From: a virus
Reading direction: 5' to 3' (one strand)
Length of the DNA: 58,693 nucleotides
Virus record (IMG/VR): IMGVR_UViG_3300035698_012504
Coordinates: 1 to 58,693 of that record
Both the position numbers and the translations under genes were made by a program. Every line of letters starts with the position of its first letter. The stretch's first letter is position 1. The notes under the pieces are model-generated. The model was given only the letters and a program-made list of their open reading frames with translations. It did not search any database and was not told the DNA's origin. This document shows positions 33,584 to 43,500 of the stretch, in pieces.

Positions 33584-34114
33584 ATGAAAATATTTGGATT
33601 AGGGTTAGCAAAAACAGGGTCAAATAGTTTAAACAATGCTTTAAAAGTATTGGGATATTCTTCTATACATGGTCCAAAAAATTGGAAACAAATAGATGAT
33701 CATGAAGGAGTGACAGATGTCGTAATATTATTTCCATTTGAAGATATTTATAAACGATATCCACATGACAAATATATCTTAATGGTTAGGGATAATGATA
33801 AATGGATAGATTCATTAGAGTACCAATATTTTAAGAATTTGGGAGGACGTCCACAAATTCAGATAGATAGAATGATTGAATTTTATGGAACATATAACTT
33901 TAATCGAACCACATGGATAAATAGAAAGATTAAACATGAACACGATGTGAAAGAATCTTTTAAAGGTAATCCTAATTTTATAACTATGGATATATGTGGG
34001 GGAGTTGATGGATGGGACATTCTTTGTAATTTTTTAGATAAGGATGTTCCGGATATAATATTTCCTCATTCAAATAAAAGAAAAGTAAATAGGAAGAAAA
34101 AACTGACAGCATAG
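33584..34114 (+). CDS. sulfotransferase-family protein (Sulfotransfer_4-like), paralogue of 29766
   Basis: FGLGLAKTGSNSLNNALKVLG. Collinear with 29766-30293 through to ...FPH... Confidence 0.55.
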   Translation: MKIFGLGLAKTGSNSLNNALKVLGYSSIHGPKNWKQIDDHEGVTDVVILFPFEDIYKRYPHDKYILMVRDNDKWIDSLEYQYFKNLGGRPQIQIDRMIEFYGTYNFNRTTWINRKIKHEHDVKESFKGNPNFITMDICGGVDGWDILCNFLDKDVPDIIFPHSNKRKVNRKKKLTA

Positions 34115-34128
34115 GAGTATTAGAGGAT

Positions 34129-34914
34129 ATGAAAATAAACTACTACATAATGTCAGCATTTAATGTATGGTTTGATTATTTCAATTTAGCAATTCCTACA
34201 AATGAATGGACTAAAAGAAGATTAGATATTTTTGAGAAAACTACTTTAAGGTCTATTGGAAATCAGACTAATAAGAACTTTAAATATATTGTTTTCTTTT
34301 ACAAACCTGCATGTGACGAAGATGATATAGTAAGAATAGACGGCTATAGTGATATAACTCCTATCTTTTTAGATGAACCATTTAACTCTAAGATTCATTT
34401 GAAGCCCATACTTGAGAAAGATACAAAAGATGGTGATGTTGTAGTAGTGACAAAAATTGATTCTGATGATATATTATATCCTACGTTTGTTGATGTAGTA
34501 TATGGGTTGGTTGATACTGACTTTCTGGATAGAAATAAAGCATTTTATTGTTTTCCAAAAGGGTATCGTTATAGATTGTATGATTATTCTCTTTGGAAAG
34601 AAAAATGGACAACATGTTCTATTTTTACGATTGTTGAAAGAATAATTGATGGTGAATTACAATCTGCTTTTAGAGGATATGACTATAAGCATACTGAAGT
34701 GTCTAGAATGTTTAAATCTCAAAAACTTCAAAGACCAGTTAAGGGTATTGGAGCTATGTGGTTAAAATATGATAGTGAAGTATCTATGAATGTAAGAAAT
34801 AAAGATAAAATGTTAGCCAATAAGATTAAGCATAAATTTATAAAACTAGTTGATGATGATTTAGCTAGGCGCGTGTGTGATGATTTTAATATTCCTATAG
34901 ATAGTTTAAAATAG
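34129..34914 (+). CDS. putative rhamnosyl-transferase-like glycosyltransferase
   Basis: W..RRLDIFEKTTLRSIGNQTNKNF and TKIDSDDILYPTF. Paralogue at 48960. Confidence 0.4.
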   Translation: MKINYYIMSAFNVWFDYFNLAIPTNEWTKRRLDIFEKTTLRSIGNQTNKNFKYIVFFYKPACDEDDIVRIDGYSDITPIFLDEPFNSKIHLKPILEKDTKDGDVVVVTKIDSDDILYPTFVDVVYGLVDTDFLDRNKAFYCFPKGYRYRLYDYSLWKEKWTTCSIFTIVERIIDGELQSAFRGYDYKHTEVSRMFKSQKLQRPVKGIGAMWLKYDSEVSMNVRNKDKMLANKIKHKFIKLVDDDLARRVCDDFNIPIDSLK

Positions 34915-34924
34915 AGGATTCAAT

Positions 34925-35473
34925 ATGAAACAGAAAATGTCTGGTCGAGGTCGTAAAGATAGTAGAATTGCTTTACGAAAATATATAGAAGTGCTTCCTG
35001 GTGGAGTAATGGTGGAGGTTGGTAGTTGTAAAGGAGAGTCAACTGTACTGTTTGCAAAGAAGTTTAAGTTAGTGTTTGCAATTGACCCATGGGAAGGATT
35101 TTATCAATATGGAGATAAGAAAGATCAATTTCTAGATGCAGGAATGTTAAAAGAGGAAAGAGATTTTGATAAAGCTGTACATGGGGTTAGCAATATAGCT
35201 AAGATATGTTCTAAGAGTAATTTAGTTGTAGATAAGTTTGATGATAAATCTTTGGACTTTGTTTATATAGATGGATGCCACACCTATGAATCAGTTCGTG
35301 AAGATATATCCATTTGGCTTCCAAAAATTAAACCAACTGGTATGATTGGTGGACATGATTATAATCTTAAGGGTTGGCCTTTGGTTGTGAAAGCTATACA
35401 TGAATCTTTTGGAAAACCACCAGATATACGAATGAATGGGGCAAACTGGGCATATAGGAAGGTGGAATTATGA
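34925..35473 (+). CDS. class I SAM-dependent methyltransferase (Methyltransf_24/CmcI-like)
   Basis: MVEVGSCKGEST...AIDPW...YIDGCHTYESV...GGHDY. Confidence 0.55.
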   Translation: MKQKMSGRGRKDSRIALRKYIEVLPGGVMVEVGSCKGESTVLFAKKFKLVFAIDPWEGFYQYGDKKDQFLDAGMLKEERDFDKAVHGVSNIAKICSKSNLVVDKFDDKSLDFVYIDGCHTYESVREDISIWLPKIKPTGMIGGHDYNLKGWPLVVKAIHESFGKPPDIRMNGANWAYRKVEL

Positions 35474-36213
35474 ATGAAGTAGATTTTTTAGAAGAGGTAT
35501 CCCATACATATGTATCCCCAGATGATCCACAATATGAAAAAATGGATGAATTATCTGTTGCAACATTTAAACCATTCCTAAAAAAAGATTATAATGGATT
35601 AATGCTAGGATATTTTAATGGTAGAGATACTGATAAATTGTATCCTCTTTTGAAAAGACTTGATGTGGTAGAAGGGTGTAAAGAGTTTATTGGAAGAGGA
35701 CTTGCTAAAGGATATCCTAATGTGTACTTCTTCAATTCCTTATTCGAAGACTTTGAGCTACCTGAAGACACTAAACCATATGATTGTGTATTTGCTTTAT
35801 ATGTAATGGAACATGTATTAGATGTTGATAAGTTTTTGGATATGATTAGTAGAGTAATATCTAAAGATGGATTACTTTTTATTGTTGTTCCAAATTCTAG
35901 ATCGTTATCTAGACAATTGGCAAAGCATATGGAATTAATTGATGACTTAAAAACATTGACTGAGAATGATCTCAATCATGGCCACCGACGAGTATATGAT
36001 AGAGTTGAATTGAATAGAGATTTAGAGAGAAATGGATTTGAAGTTATTTCACAAGGTGGAATAATGCTGAAGATACTTGCAGATTTTCAAATGAGTAAGA
36101 TGATTGAATTAGGCATTTTAGGTGATGCTCAGTTGGAAGGGTTGTATAAATTGGGACTTGAATATCCAGATCTATGCGGATCTTTGTTTTCCATATGTAA
36201 ACAAAAGGATTAG
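35470..36213 (+). CDS. SAM-dependent methyltransferase-like protein
   Basis: YDCVFALYVMEHV..DKFL..ISKDGLLFIVVPN. Motif I is atypical. ATGA overlap. Confidence 0.5.
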   Translation: MNEVDFLEEVSHTYVSPDDPQYEKMDELSVATFKPFLKKDYNGLMLGYFNGRDTDKLYPLLKRLDVVEGCKEFIGRGLAKGYPNVYFFNSLFEDFELPEDTKPYDCVFALYVMEHVLDVDKFLDMISRVISKDGLLFIVVPNSRSLSRQLAKHMELIDDLKTLTENDLNHGHRRVYDRVELNRDLERNGFEVISQGGIMLKILADFQMSKMIELGILGDAQLEGLYKLGLEYPDLCGSLFSICKQKD

Positions 36214-36215
36214 TT

Positions 36216-37487
36216 ATGACAAACGTTTTAGTATTTCCGTGTGGTAGTGAAATTGGATTAGAGATACATCGCGCACTTCAATATGAAAAAGATATAAGTC
36301 TATATGGGTTATCTAGTGTTGATGATCATGGAAAATATGTTTACGCTAATTATATCGATGGGATACCTTATGTATCAGATGAAGAATTTATACCAAAAAT
36401 AGTAGAAGTTATTAAAAAATATAAAATAGATGTTATTTTTCCTGCACATGATAGTGTCCTTTTAGAATTATCTAATCACGATCTACCATGTGAACTTATA
36501 GGGTCGTCATATAACACAAATTATATATGTAGAAGAAAAAGTGTATCTTATAATACATTCGAATATATGATGAATGTCCCAAAAATGTATAGTAGGGATT
36601 ATGTAAATTATAATGATTTCCCTATATTTTTAAAACCAGATATAGGGCAAGGATCAGTAGGCACGGTTCTAGTTAATAATAGGAAAGAATTGAATGCTGA
36701 ATTATATAAAGACTCATCTCTATTAATATTAGAGTATTTACCTGGAAAAGAATATACTGTAGATTGTTTCTCAGATAAAGATGGGGTATTGAAATTTTGT
36801 GGCTCCAGGGAAAGAAAGAGAATAAAGAATGGTATATCTGTTAACTCTTCTCCAGTACATAACGAAGAGTTTCAAAATATAGCAAAAATTATTCAAGAGA
36901 AATTAAAATTCATAGGGCCTTGGTTCTTTCAATTGAAAGAGAATAAGGATGGGTATTTATCTTTACTTGAGATTGCTTCGAGAATAAGCGGAACAATGGG
37001 ACTGAATAGAAATCTGGGTGTTAATTTTCCATTGTTAAGCATCCACGTTGCCCTTGGGCGGGATATAGATATTATTCCAAACACATATGATATTGAAGTA
37101 GATAGGGCATTGATTAGTAGATACGATATAGATATTGATTATGAAAATGTTTATGTGGATCTTGACGATACGTTAATAATCGATAAGAAAATAAATGAAT
37201 TCCTATTAGCTTTTTTATATCAATGTCAAAACAAAAATAAAAATATTTATTTAATATCAAAACATATTAAAGATCCATATATAACTCTTATGAATAAACA
37301 TATAGATTATAAATTCTTTAAAACAATCATTCATATAGAAACGACTGACAACAAATACAAATATATTAAACCCAATTCTATTTTTATAGATGATTCATTT
37401 GCAGAAAGAAGAGATGTGTATGAAAACTGCAATATTCCCACATTCTCTACAGATGGGGTAGAAGGGTTATTTGATTGGAGAAGATAA
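36216..37487 (+). CDS. ATP-grasp enzyme fused to a C-terminal HAD-like phosphatase domain
   Basis: ATP-grasp pattern FPIFLKPDIGQGSVG...ILEYLPGKEYTVD. HAD motifs VDLDDTLI and FIDDS. Confidence 0.6.
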   Translation: MTNVLVFPCGSEIGLEIHRALQYEKDISLYGLSSVDDHGKYVYANYIDGIPYVSDEEFIPKIVEVIKKYKIDVIFPAHDSVLLELSNHDLPCELIGSSYNTNYICRRKSVSYNTFEYMMNVPKMYSRDYVNYNDFPIFLKPDIGQGSVGTVLVNNRKELNAELYKDSSLLILEYLPGKEYTVDCFSDKDGVLKFCGSRERKRIKNGISVNSSPVHNEEFQNIAKIIQEKLKFIGPWFFQLKENKDGYLSLLEIASRISGTMGLNRNLGVNFPLLSIHVALGRDIDIIPNTYDIEVDRALISRYDIDIDYENVYVDLDDTLIIDKKINEFLLAFLYQCQNKNKNIYLISKHIKDPYITLMNKHIDYKFFKTIIHIETTDNKYKYIKPNSIFIDDSFAERRDVYENCNIPTFSTDGVEGLFDWRR

Positions 37488-37517
37488 TATGAATTATTTA
37501 TATTTGGTCTAAAAGCT

Positions 37518-37527
37518 TGAGGACAAA
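37518..37527 (+). promoter_or_regulatory. TGAGGACAAA motif, site 2 (intergenic, 133 nt upstream of ATG 37660)
   Basis: Identical 10-mer. Flanked by the imperfect inverted repeat AAGCTTGAG / CTCAGCTT. Confidence 0.4.
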
Positions 37528-37659
37528 GTTTTAAACTATAACAATACTCAGCTTAAAAATTTAACAAAAACTGACATTAAAACAATTAACTCAGTTTTTA
37601 ATAATTATAAAAATGAGATGGATTTTTTTGGATATGTTAAAATATAATAGGAGAAGTAA

Positions 37660-38478
37660 ATGAAATCGATTAGCGACAAGTTATTAGAAAATTATTTTAA
37701 TAGTGGTGGTCTAGCTATACCCCAAAAACATTGGTTGAGAAATAAACCAATTGCACATAAAGGTTTATGGACACCAGATAATCCAAGTAATATTCCAGAG
37801 AATAGTCTTCCTGCAGTAGAAAATGCGATTAGACATAAATATGCAGTTGAAGTAGATATACAGTTATCATTAGATGGAGAATTAGTAGTATTTCATGACT
37901 TATTTTTAAATAAACTATGTGGAATAGGTGGGACAATTTCTCAATATACTCTGAAGCAATTAAAAGAATTCAAACTTTCAGAAACAGAATATACAATTCC
38001 AACATTAGAAGAAGTATTAGAACTTACATCTAAAAAAACACCCGTTCTTGTAGACATTAAAGGAGATGTTATGGGGAAGCAAGGAACTGCAAAATTATTG
38101 GCGCACGAGTTAAAAAATTATAAAGGGCATGCTGCCATGCATTCTTTTAACTTTAGTGACTTAAATTACTTCAAACGAGTTGCCCCCAATATTCTTAGGG
38201 GACAAATAATATCTGACTTCAATAAACAAGATGTATCGTTCATTCTTAAATTATTATTAAGAGGAGCAGCCAATTTATTTGAGGCCAAAGGAGATCCTCA
38301 TTTTATTTCATTGGATGTAAGGTCTAAAGTGCAAAGAATCATTAAGTCAGTATGGGCTAATAAAAGAGGCGGAGTAATATTGGCCTGGTTGGTTGATACT
38401 AAAACAATGGAAGCAGTATCAAGGGGATTTGCAGATAACATTATATTTGAAAGAATTAATCCCAAACAACCGTGGTAA
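37660..38478 (+). CDS. glycerophosphodiester phosphodiesterase (GDPD) family protein
   Basis: IAHKG....PENSLPAVENAI..KYAVEVDIQLSLDGELVVFHD, the GDPD catalytic signature. Confidence 0.8.
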   Translation: MKSISDKLLENYFNSGGLAIPQKHWLRNKPIAHKGLWTPDNPSNIPENSLPAVENAIRHKYAVEVDIQLSLDGELVVFHDLFLNKLCGIGGTISQYTLKQLKEFKLSETEYTIPTLEEVLELTSKKTPVLVDIKGDVMGKQGTAKLLAHELKNYKGHAAMHSFNFSDLNYFKRVAPNILRGQIISDFNKQDVSFILKLLLRGAANLFEAKGDPHFISLDVRSKVQRIIKSVWANKRGGVILAWLVDTKTMEAVSRGFADNIIFERINPKQPW

Positions 38479-38495
38479 TAAAAACGAAAGGAACG

Positions 38496-39032
38496 ATGAT
38501 GTCAGTAGATTATAAAATGTTTGTAGCGATGGATGAAAATAATTTAATAGGAAAGAATGGACGCGCTCCATGGAATCTTGGGAAACATACGAAAAGATTC
38601 AAAGGCCTTACTGAAGGTAAAGCAATATTGATGGGAAGAAAAACTTTTGAATGTTTGGGAAATAAGCCCTTGGCAAAACGTGTTAACATAGTCATGTCTC
38701 GTGATCCAAATTACAAAGCACCTCAATATGTATATGTCGTTCACTCCCTAGAGGAAGTGGATGAGTTAGCTGAAAAAAACAATATAGGCGAAATTTTTGT
38801 TATTGGCGGTGCGGAGCTATATAGGTTATATTTTATGAAAGTGTCTAGATTATATATAACTAAAGTAAAAGATAAAATTGAACCAGGAAAAGATAGTGCC
38901 TACTTCGATTGGAATGCTGGAGCAGATGTATATAAGCATAGAATGTGGATAGAACTTAATAAGGATGAGTACGAAAAAGATGAAGAAAATACTCACGATT
39001 TTGAGCTTTTGGAAATGGAACCTTACGAGTAG
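38496..39032 (+). CDS. folA: dihydrofolate reductase
   Basis: IGKNGRAPW...F..LT.GKAILMGRKTFE...PL..RVNIVMSR...VIGGAELY. ATG 38496 follows GAAAGGA. ORF-track start 38472 rejected. Confidence 0.9.
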   Translation: MMSVDYKMFVAMDENNLIGKNGRAPWNLGKHTKRFKGLTEGKAILMGRKTFECLGNKPLAKRVNIVMSRDPNYKAPQYVYVVHSLEEVDELAEKNNIGEIFVIGGAELYRLYFMKVSRLYITKVKDKIEPGKDSAYFDWNAGADVYKHRMWIELNKDEYEKDEENTHDFELLEMEPYE

Positions 39033-39558
39033 AATTCTAAATAAAATTTTATATAGTGTGCTCGATATTATCAAATATGTGTTTATTAACAAACACAAAA
39101 AAATTGATTACTCTCAGCAACGATGGGATAGACACTATCTGAAGATGGCTAATTTTGTTGCAAGTAAGTCTAAAGATAATAGTACTCAAGTTGGTTGTGT
39201 TATTGTCGGCCCCTCGCATGAAGTAAGATCGACTGGGTATAATGGTATGCCTAGAGGCGTAGAAGATTCTATTAGTAAAGTTCCAAAAAGATTTGAGAGA
39301 CCAGAAAAGTATAAATGGTTTGAACATGCTGAACGAAATGCTGTTTATAATGCAGCTCGTTGTGGTACACCCCTCGAAGGATGTATAGCATACATAGAAT
39401 ATTTTCCTTGTACAGACTGTGCCAGATCATTAATTCAATCAGGTATAATTAGAATAGTGGTTACTCATCATCCAGACTTTGAAGAAAGATATGCTGAGGA
39501 AATGAAAACGTCTAAGGTAATGTTATATGAAGCAGGAGTAATTATAGATGTCTATTAG
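38965..39558 (+). CDS. dCMP deaminase (zinc-dependent); start uncertain
   Basis: HAERNA and PCTDCA zinc motifs. The conserved WDRHYLKMA N-terminal helix needs a start upstream of 39130. Candidates are ATG 38965/38980 (overlapping DHFR) or GTG 39058. Confidence 0.85.
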   Translation: MSTKKMKKILTILSFWKWNLTSRILNKILYSVLDIIKYVFINKHKKIDYSQQRWDRHYLKMANFVASKSKDNSTQVGCVIVGPSHEVRSTGYNGMPRGVEDSISKVPKRFERPEKYKWFEHAERNAVYNAARCGTPLEGCIAYIEYFPCTDCARSLIQSGIIRIVVTHHPDFEERYAEEMKTSKVMLYEAGVIIDVY

Positions 39559-40033
39559 TAATCAGTTTTTAAATGAGTTAAGCACCTCTGATTTCAGAGT
39601 TCTACCTGCCACAGAAGAACTAGTCAAAAAAGTATTTGATAATAAAATACATGCTGAAGATTATGTGAATATGTTGAAAGAGGGAGATACTGGAAAGTTT
39701 GTATTCAGTAATAAGAATGATGATTATATAGGACATATAATGGTTAAGGTTAATGAACACAAACACAGAGAATTATCAGTACTATTTATACAAAAGAAAT
39801 ATAGAAGAAGTGGATACGCCCAGTTCCTTATAAATCTATACCCAAAACTTCAAGTGTTATATACAGAGGTAGATAATAAAGAATCTCAACGATTGTATAC
39901 CAAACTCGGGTGGGTGAATAGTGGAATAAAAGGACATTTTGATTCTAAAAATTATGATCATATATGGATCTTATTTTATAAAAAGAAATATATAAAGATA
40001 AAAGAATTAGATGTGTATGAAAAAGGAGTTTAA
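39548..40033 (+). CDS. GNAT-family N-acetyltransferase (putative)
   Basis: LSVLFIQKKYRRSGYAQFLI acetyl-CoA-binding-like motif. Confidence 0.5.
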   Translation: MSISNQFLNELSTSDFRVLPATEELVKKVFDNKIHAEDYVNMLKEGDTGKFVFSNKNDDYIGHIMVKVNEHKHRELSVLFIQKKYRRSGYAQFLINLYPKLQVLYTEVDNKESQRLYTKLGWVNSGIKGHFDSKNYDHIWILFYKKKYIKIKELDVYEKGV

Positions 40034-40554
40034 TGATGAAGCGGGATGTAATTGTTTTGAATAGCAACTATATGCCAATAAATTGTGTCGGTTGGAAAGA
40101 CGCAGTGAATTTGATTTTTAGAGGTATAGTTGAGCCAGTAGGAAACGCGGTATATAATATAAGAACCGTAGCTGAAGACTATCTACTTCCTAAGGTTGTG
40201 AGGTTGGTGAAGTTTGTGAATGTCATTTATAAACATAATTTACCATACTCTAAAAAACACGTATTAGTGAGAGATGGATTTAAGTGTCAGTATTGTGGAA
40301 GAAAGCATAAGAATTTGACTATCGATCATGTTCTGCCAAAGAGTAGAGGAGGCAAAGATGAATTCTTAAATACAGTTGCCGCATGTAGCCAATGTAATAG
40401 CTATAAAGGTGACAAGTTACCAGAAGAGATTAATTTACCTTTGATTAAGAAACCAACAGAACCAACGATAGCAGATTTTATTTTTTTGCGTTTAAAAAAC
40501 GCTGGAACATTAGAAGTACTTAGAGATGTTTTTGAACAAGTCTCAAACTCTTAA
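40033..40554 (+). CDS. HNH endonuclease (McrA-like)
   Basis: CQYCG...LTIDHVLPKSRGG...NTVAACSQCNSYKG. Confidence 0.85.
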   Translation: MMKRDVIVLNSNYMPINCVGWKDAVNLIFRGIVEPVGNAVYNIRTVAEDYLLPKVVRLVKFVNVIYKHNLPYSKKHVLVRDGFKCQYCGRKHKNLTIDHVLPKSRGGKDEFLNTVAACSQCNSYKGDKLPEEINLPLIKKPTEPTIADFIFLRLKNAGTLEVLRDVFEQVSNS

Positions 40555-40572
40555 AGATAACCAGGAGAAAAT

Positions 40573-43500
40573 ATGACAAAAGTTGACATGAGTGATTGGG
40601 TTTTTCCAATCAGGGAAAAGTTTAATTTGACAGAGAATTTTTTAGATCAATATACAAACGAGCAACCTAATTGGGGACCAGTTGGAGCTATTACATATAA
40701 AAGAACGTATAGTCGATATATTGAAAAAGAAGATAGATATGAAGAATTTTGGGAGACTCTCAAACGAGTAGTGGAAGGATGTTATACAATTCAACTAAAT
40801 CATTGTAAAAATTTAAGATTGTATTGGAATGCACATAAAGCACAGAAATCTGCTCAAAAAATGTTTGAGTTGATGTGGAATTTTAAATTTCTTCCTCCAG
40901 GGAGAATGTTGTGGACCCTTGGAGAAGATGTTGTTTGGAAAAAAGGAGTAGCTGTTTTATTAAATTGTGGATTTTGTTCCACTGAAGATCTACATTATGA
41001 TTTTAGTGGACCTTTTTGTTGGTTAATGGACGTTGCTTTATTGGGGGTAGGGTGCGGATTCGATCTAAAAGGGGCAGGAAAAGTTAAAATTCAAGAACCT
41101 AAGGTTGGAGATTATGTTTTTACTATAGATGATAGTAGAGAAGGTTGGAGAGATGCTGTGGAAGTAGTATTAAACTCTTATGTTCATAAATCAAAAATGC
41201 CCAGAGAATTTGATTTTAGTAAAATAAGACCTAACGGAAGTTTTATAAAAACATTTGGAGGCATTGCTCCCGGACCAGGTCCATTAAAATTATGTATAGA
41301 AGAGATAAAACTGGTTCTTAATAAATGTGTAGATAAATATATTACATCTGTAAATATAGTTGATATTTTCAATATAGTTGGGAAATGTGTAGTAAGCGGT
41401 GGACAAAGAAGGTCTAGTGAAATAGCAATAGGAGAATATGATGATATTGATTTTTTGAATATGAAAAATCCTGAGAAATATGAAAAGGAATTAAAGGATT
41501 GGAGATGGAATTCAAACAATTCAGTATTTGCTGAAGTTGGTGCAGATTATACACAATTAACCAAGCACATTATTAATAACGGTGAACCAGGAATAGTGTA
41601 TTTAGATAATATGAGAAAGTATGGGAGGATAAAAGATGGAGAGAAATGGGAAGATGAGGGAGTTTGTGGATTAAATCCCTGTGCTGAAATGTCACTATCA
41701 AAATATGAAATGTGTTTATTGTGTGAAACATTTCCAGCTAATCATGAAAACGAAGAAGAATTTTTAGAAACTCTTAAATATGCTTATCTTTTAGCTAAAA
41801 GTGTTACATTAGTACCATCTCATGATGAACGCACAAATCAAGTTATGCTTAGAAATAGAAGAATTGGGTTATCTATGTCAGGAATAACAGATGCTATTTA
41901 TAAATTTGGTAGACGTAGGTTTCTTAATGAGTTTTGTGATTCTGGATATAATAATATTAGAAAACTGGATAAATTATATTCTAGGTGGTTATGTGTACCG
42001 AAAAGTATAAAAGTAACTACGACAAAACCGAGTGGTTGTAGACCGGGTAGATCGTTAACTTCGACAGATAGAGGGATTTTATCTCTAGATGAATTATTAG
42101 AAGAACATCCTGAAGATTTGGAGTGGAACAACGATCACAGTGATAGTTATGTATACCAGAAAAATAGTAAAAATAAAATATTAAGAACATATAGAAATAG
42201 TACTTCTAAAATAATTAAAATTAAAATGAACTACAATTTAGATTTTGAATGCACCCCGAATCATATGGTGTTTGTTAGTGAACATATGAATGCTAGTAGT
42301 GAAAAAGGAGGATATAAGAGAATAGACGTCAACAAATGGATATGTGCCAATGATGTTCGAGCTGGCGATATTATTCATATTAGTATGAATTCTTATAGAA
42401 AAAATATTTGTTCAAAACTATCCCATTCAGCAATACCAGATACTTTTATTGGTGCTCGTGGAAATATTATAACTCAACCTGAATATATGAATAATGATCT
42501 TGCTTGGATTATAGGATATTTATATGGAGACGGTTGTTTGAGTAGACATAAATTTAGAACTAGATTTATAGATGAGAATAAATATAATCTGGAAAAAGCA
42601 AAAAAAATAATATATGATTTATTTGGATTAGACTCTAATATAAAACCTGCAAGTCAAGATAGAAACGCGTTTGTGCTTGAAATTGGGTCTCGGCATCTTT
42701 GGGACTTTTGGAATATTAATGGAATAACTAAATATGATGAACAGGGCAATATATCGGTAATTCCAAGAATTGTAAGAGAATCATCTAAAGAAAATATTTT
42801 AGCATTTATTTCGGGATTAATTGATTCGGATGGTTGTGTATTTGTTCGTGACGGCGATGTGGGAATATGTATTTCAACCGCCTATGATAATTTTGCAAAA
42901 AATATACAAGAAGTTGGATTTTCTGTTGGATTATGTTTTGGAAGATCTTTGAATACAGAAGGGGAGAACAAACAAGAAATTAAACATATATGGAATTTAA
43001 CATTAAATTCCCACACAGATATTAATTCTCTCCATGTATTATTAAAAACATCCAATAAATTAATAAAAATAAATGACATGCGAAATCCACCACATGATAT
43101 ATCATTTAAGTGTCTGACTGAATCTCAAAATGTTTTAATTTTAGGTAAAGTAGTAAGTGTACATGAATTAGAAGGGTATGAAGAAACGTATGATTTAGAA
43201 GTCGATAAAGATCATTGGTATTATTCCGGAGGTATAAAAAGTCATAATACTGTATCATTATTACCAGGAAGTAATCCGGGTATTCATTTTCCACACTCAG
43301 AATATTATATTCGAAGAATAGAATTTCAAAAAAACTCTCCTTTTATTAAACCACTAGAAATTGCCGGATATAAAAAAGAGCAGTCTTATTATAAAAAAAA
43401 TTCGTGGATTTTTGAATTTCCAATAAGAACTAAAAATTTCTTTAAATCCAAGAGAGATATTACTATATGGGAACAAATGGCTCTTCACGCAGATATACAA

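Noticed and set aside
37488-37659. The 172-nt intergenic region as a possible small RNA or tRNA locus. It contains the imperfect inverted repeat AAGCTTGAG...CTCAGCTT.
   Set aside because: No cloverleaf-compatible structure or conserved tRNA boxes are visible. The stem is short and bulged and lacks a following U-tract. I kept the region only as the location of motif site 2.
37613-37663. 16-codon upstream ORF (MRWIFLDMLKYNRRSK*) overlapping the GDPD start as ATGA; possible leader peptide.
   Set aside because: There is no SD-like sequence upstream of ATG 37613, and the sequence is AT-rich enough for such an ORF to arise by chance.
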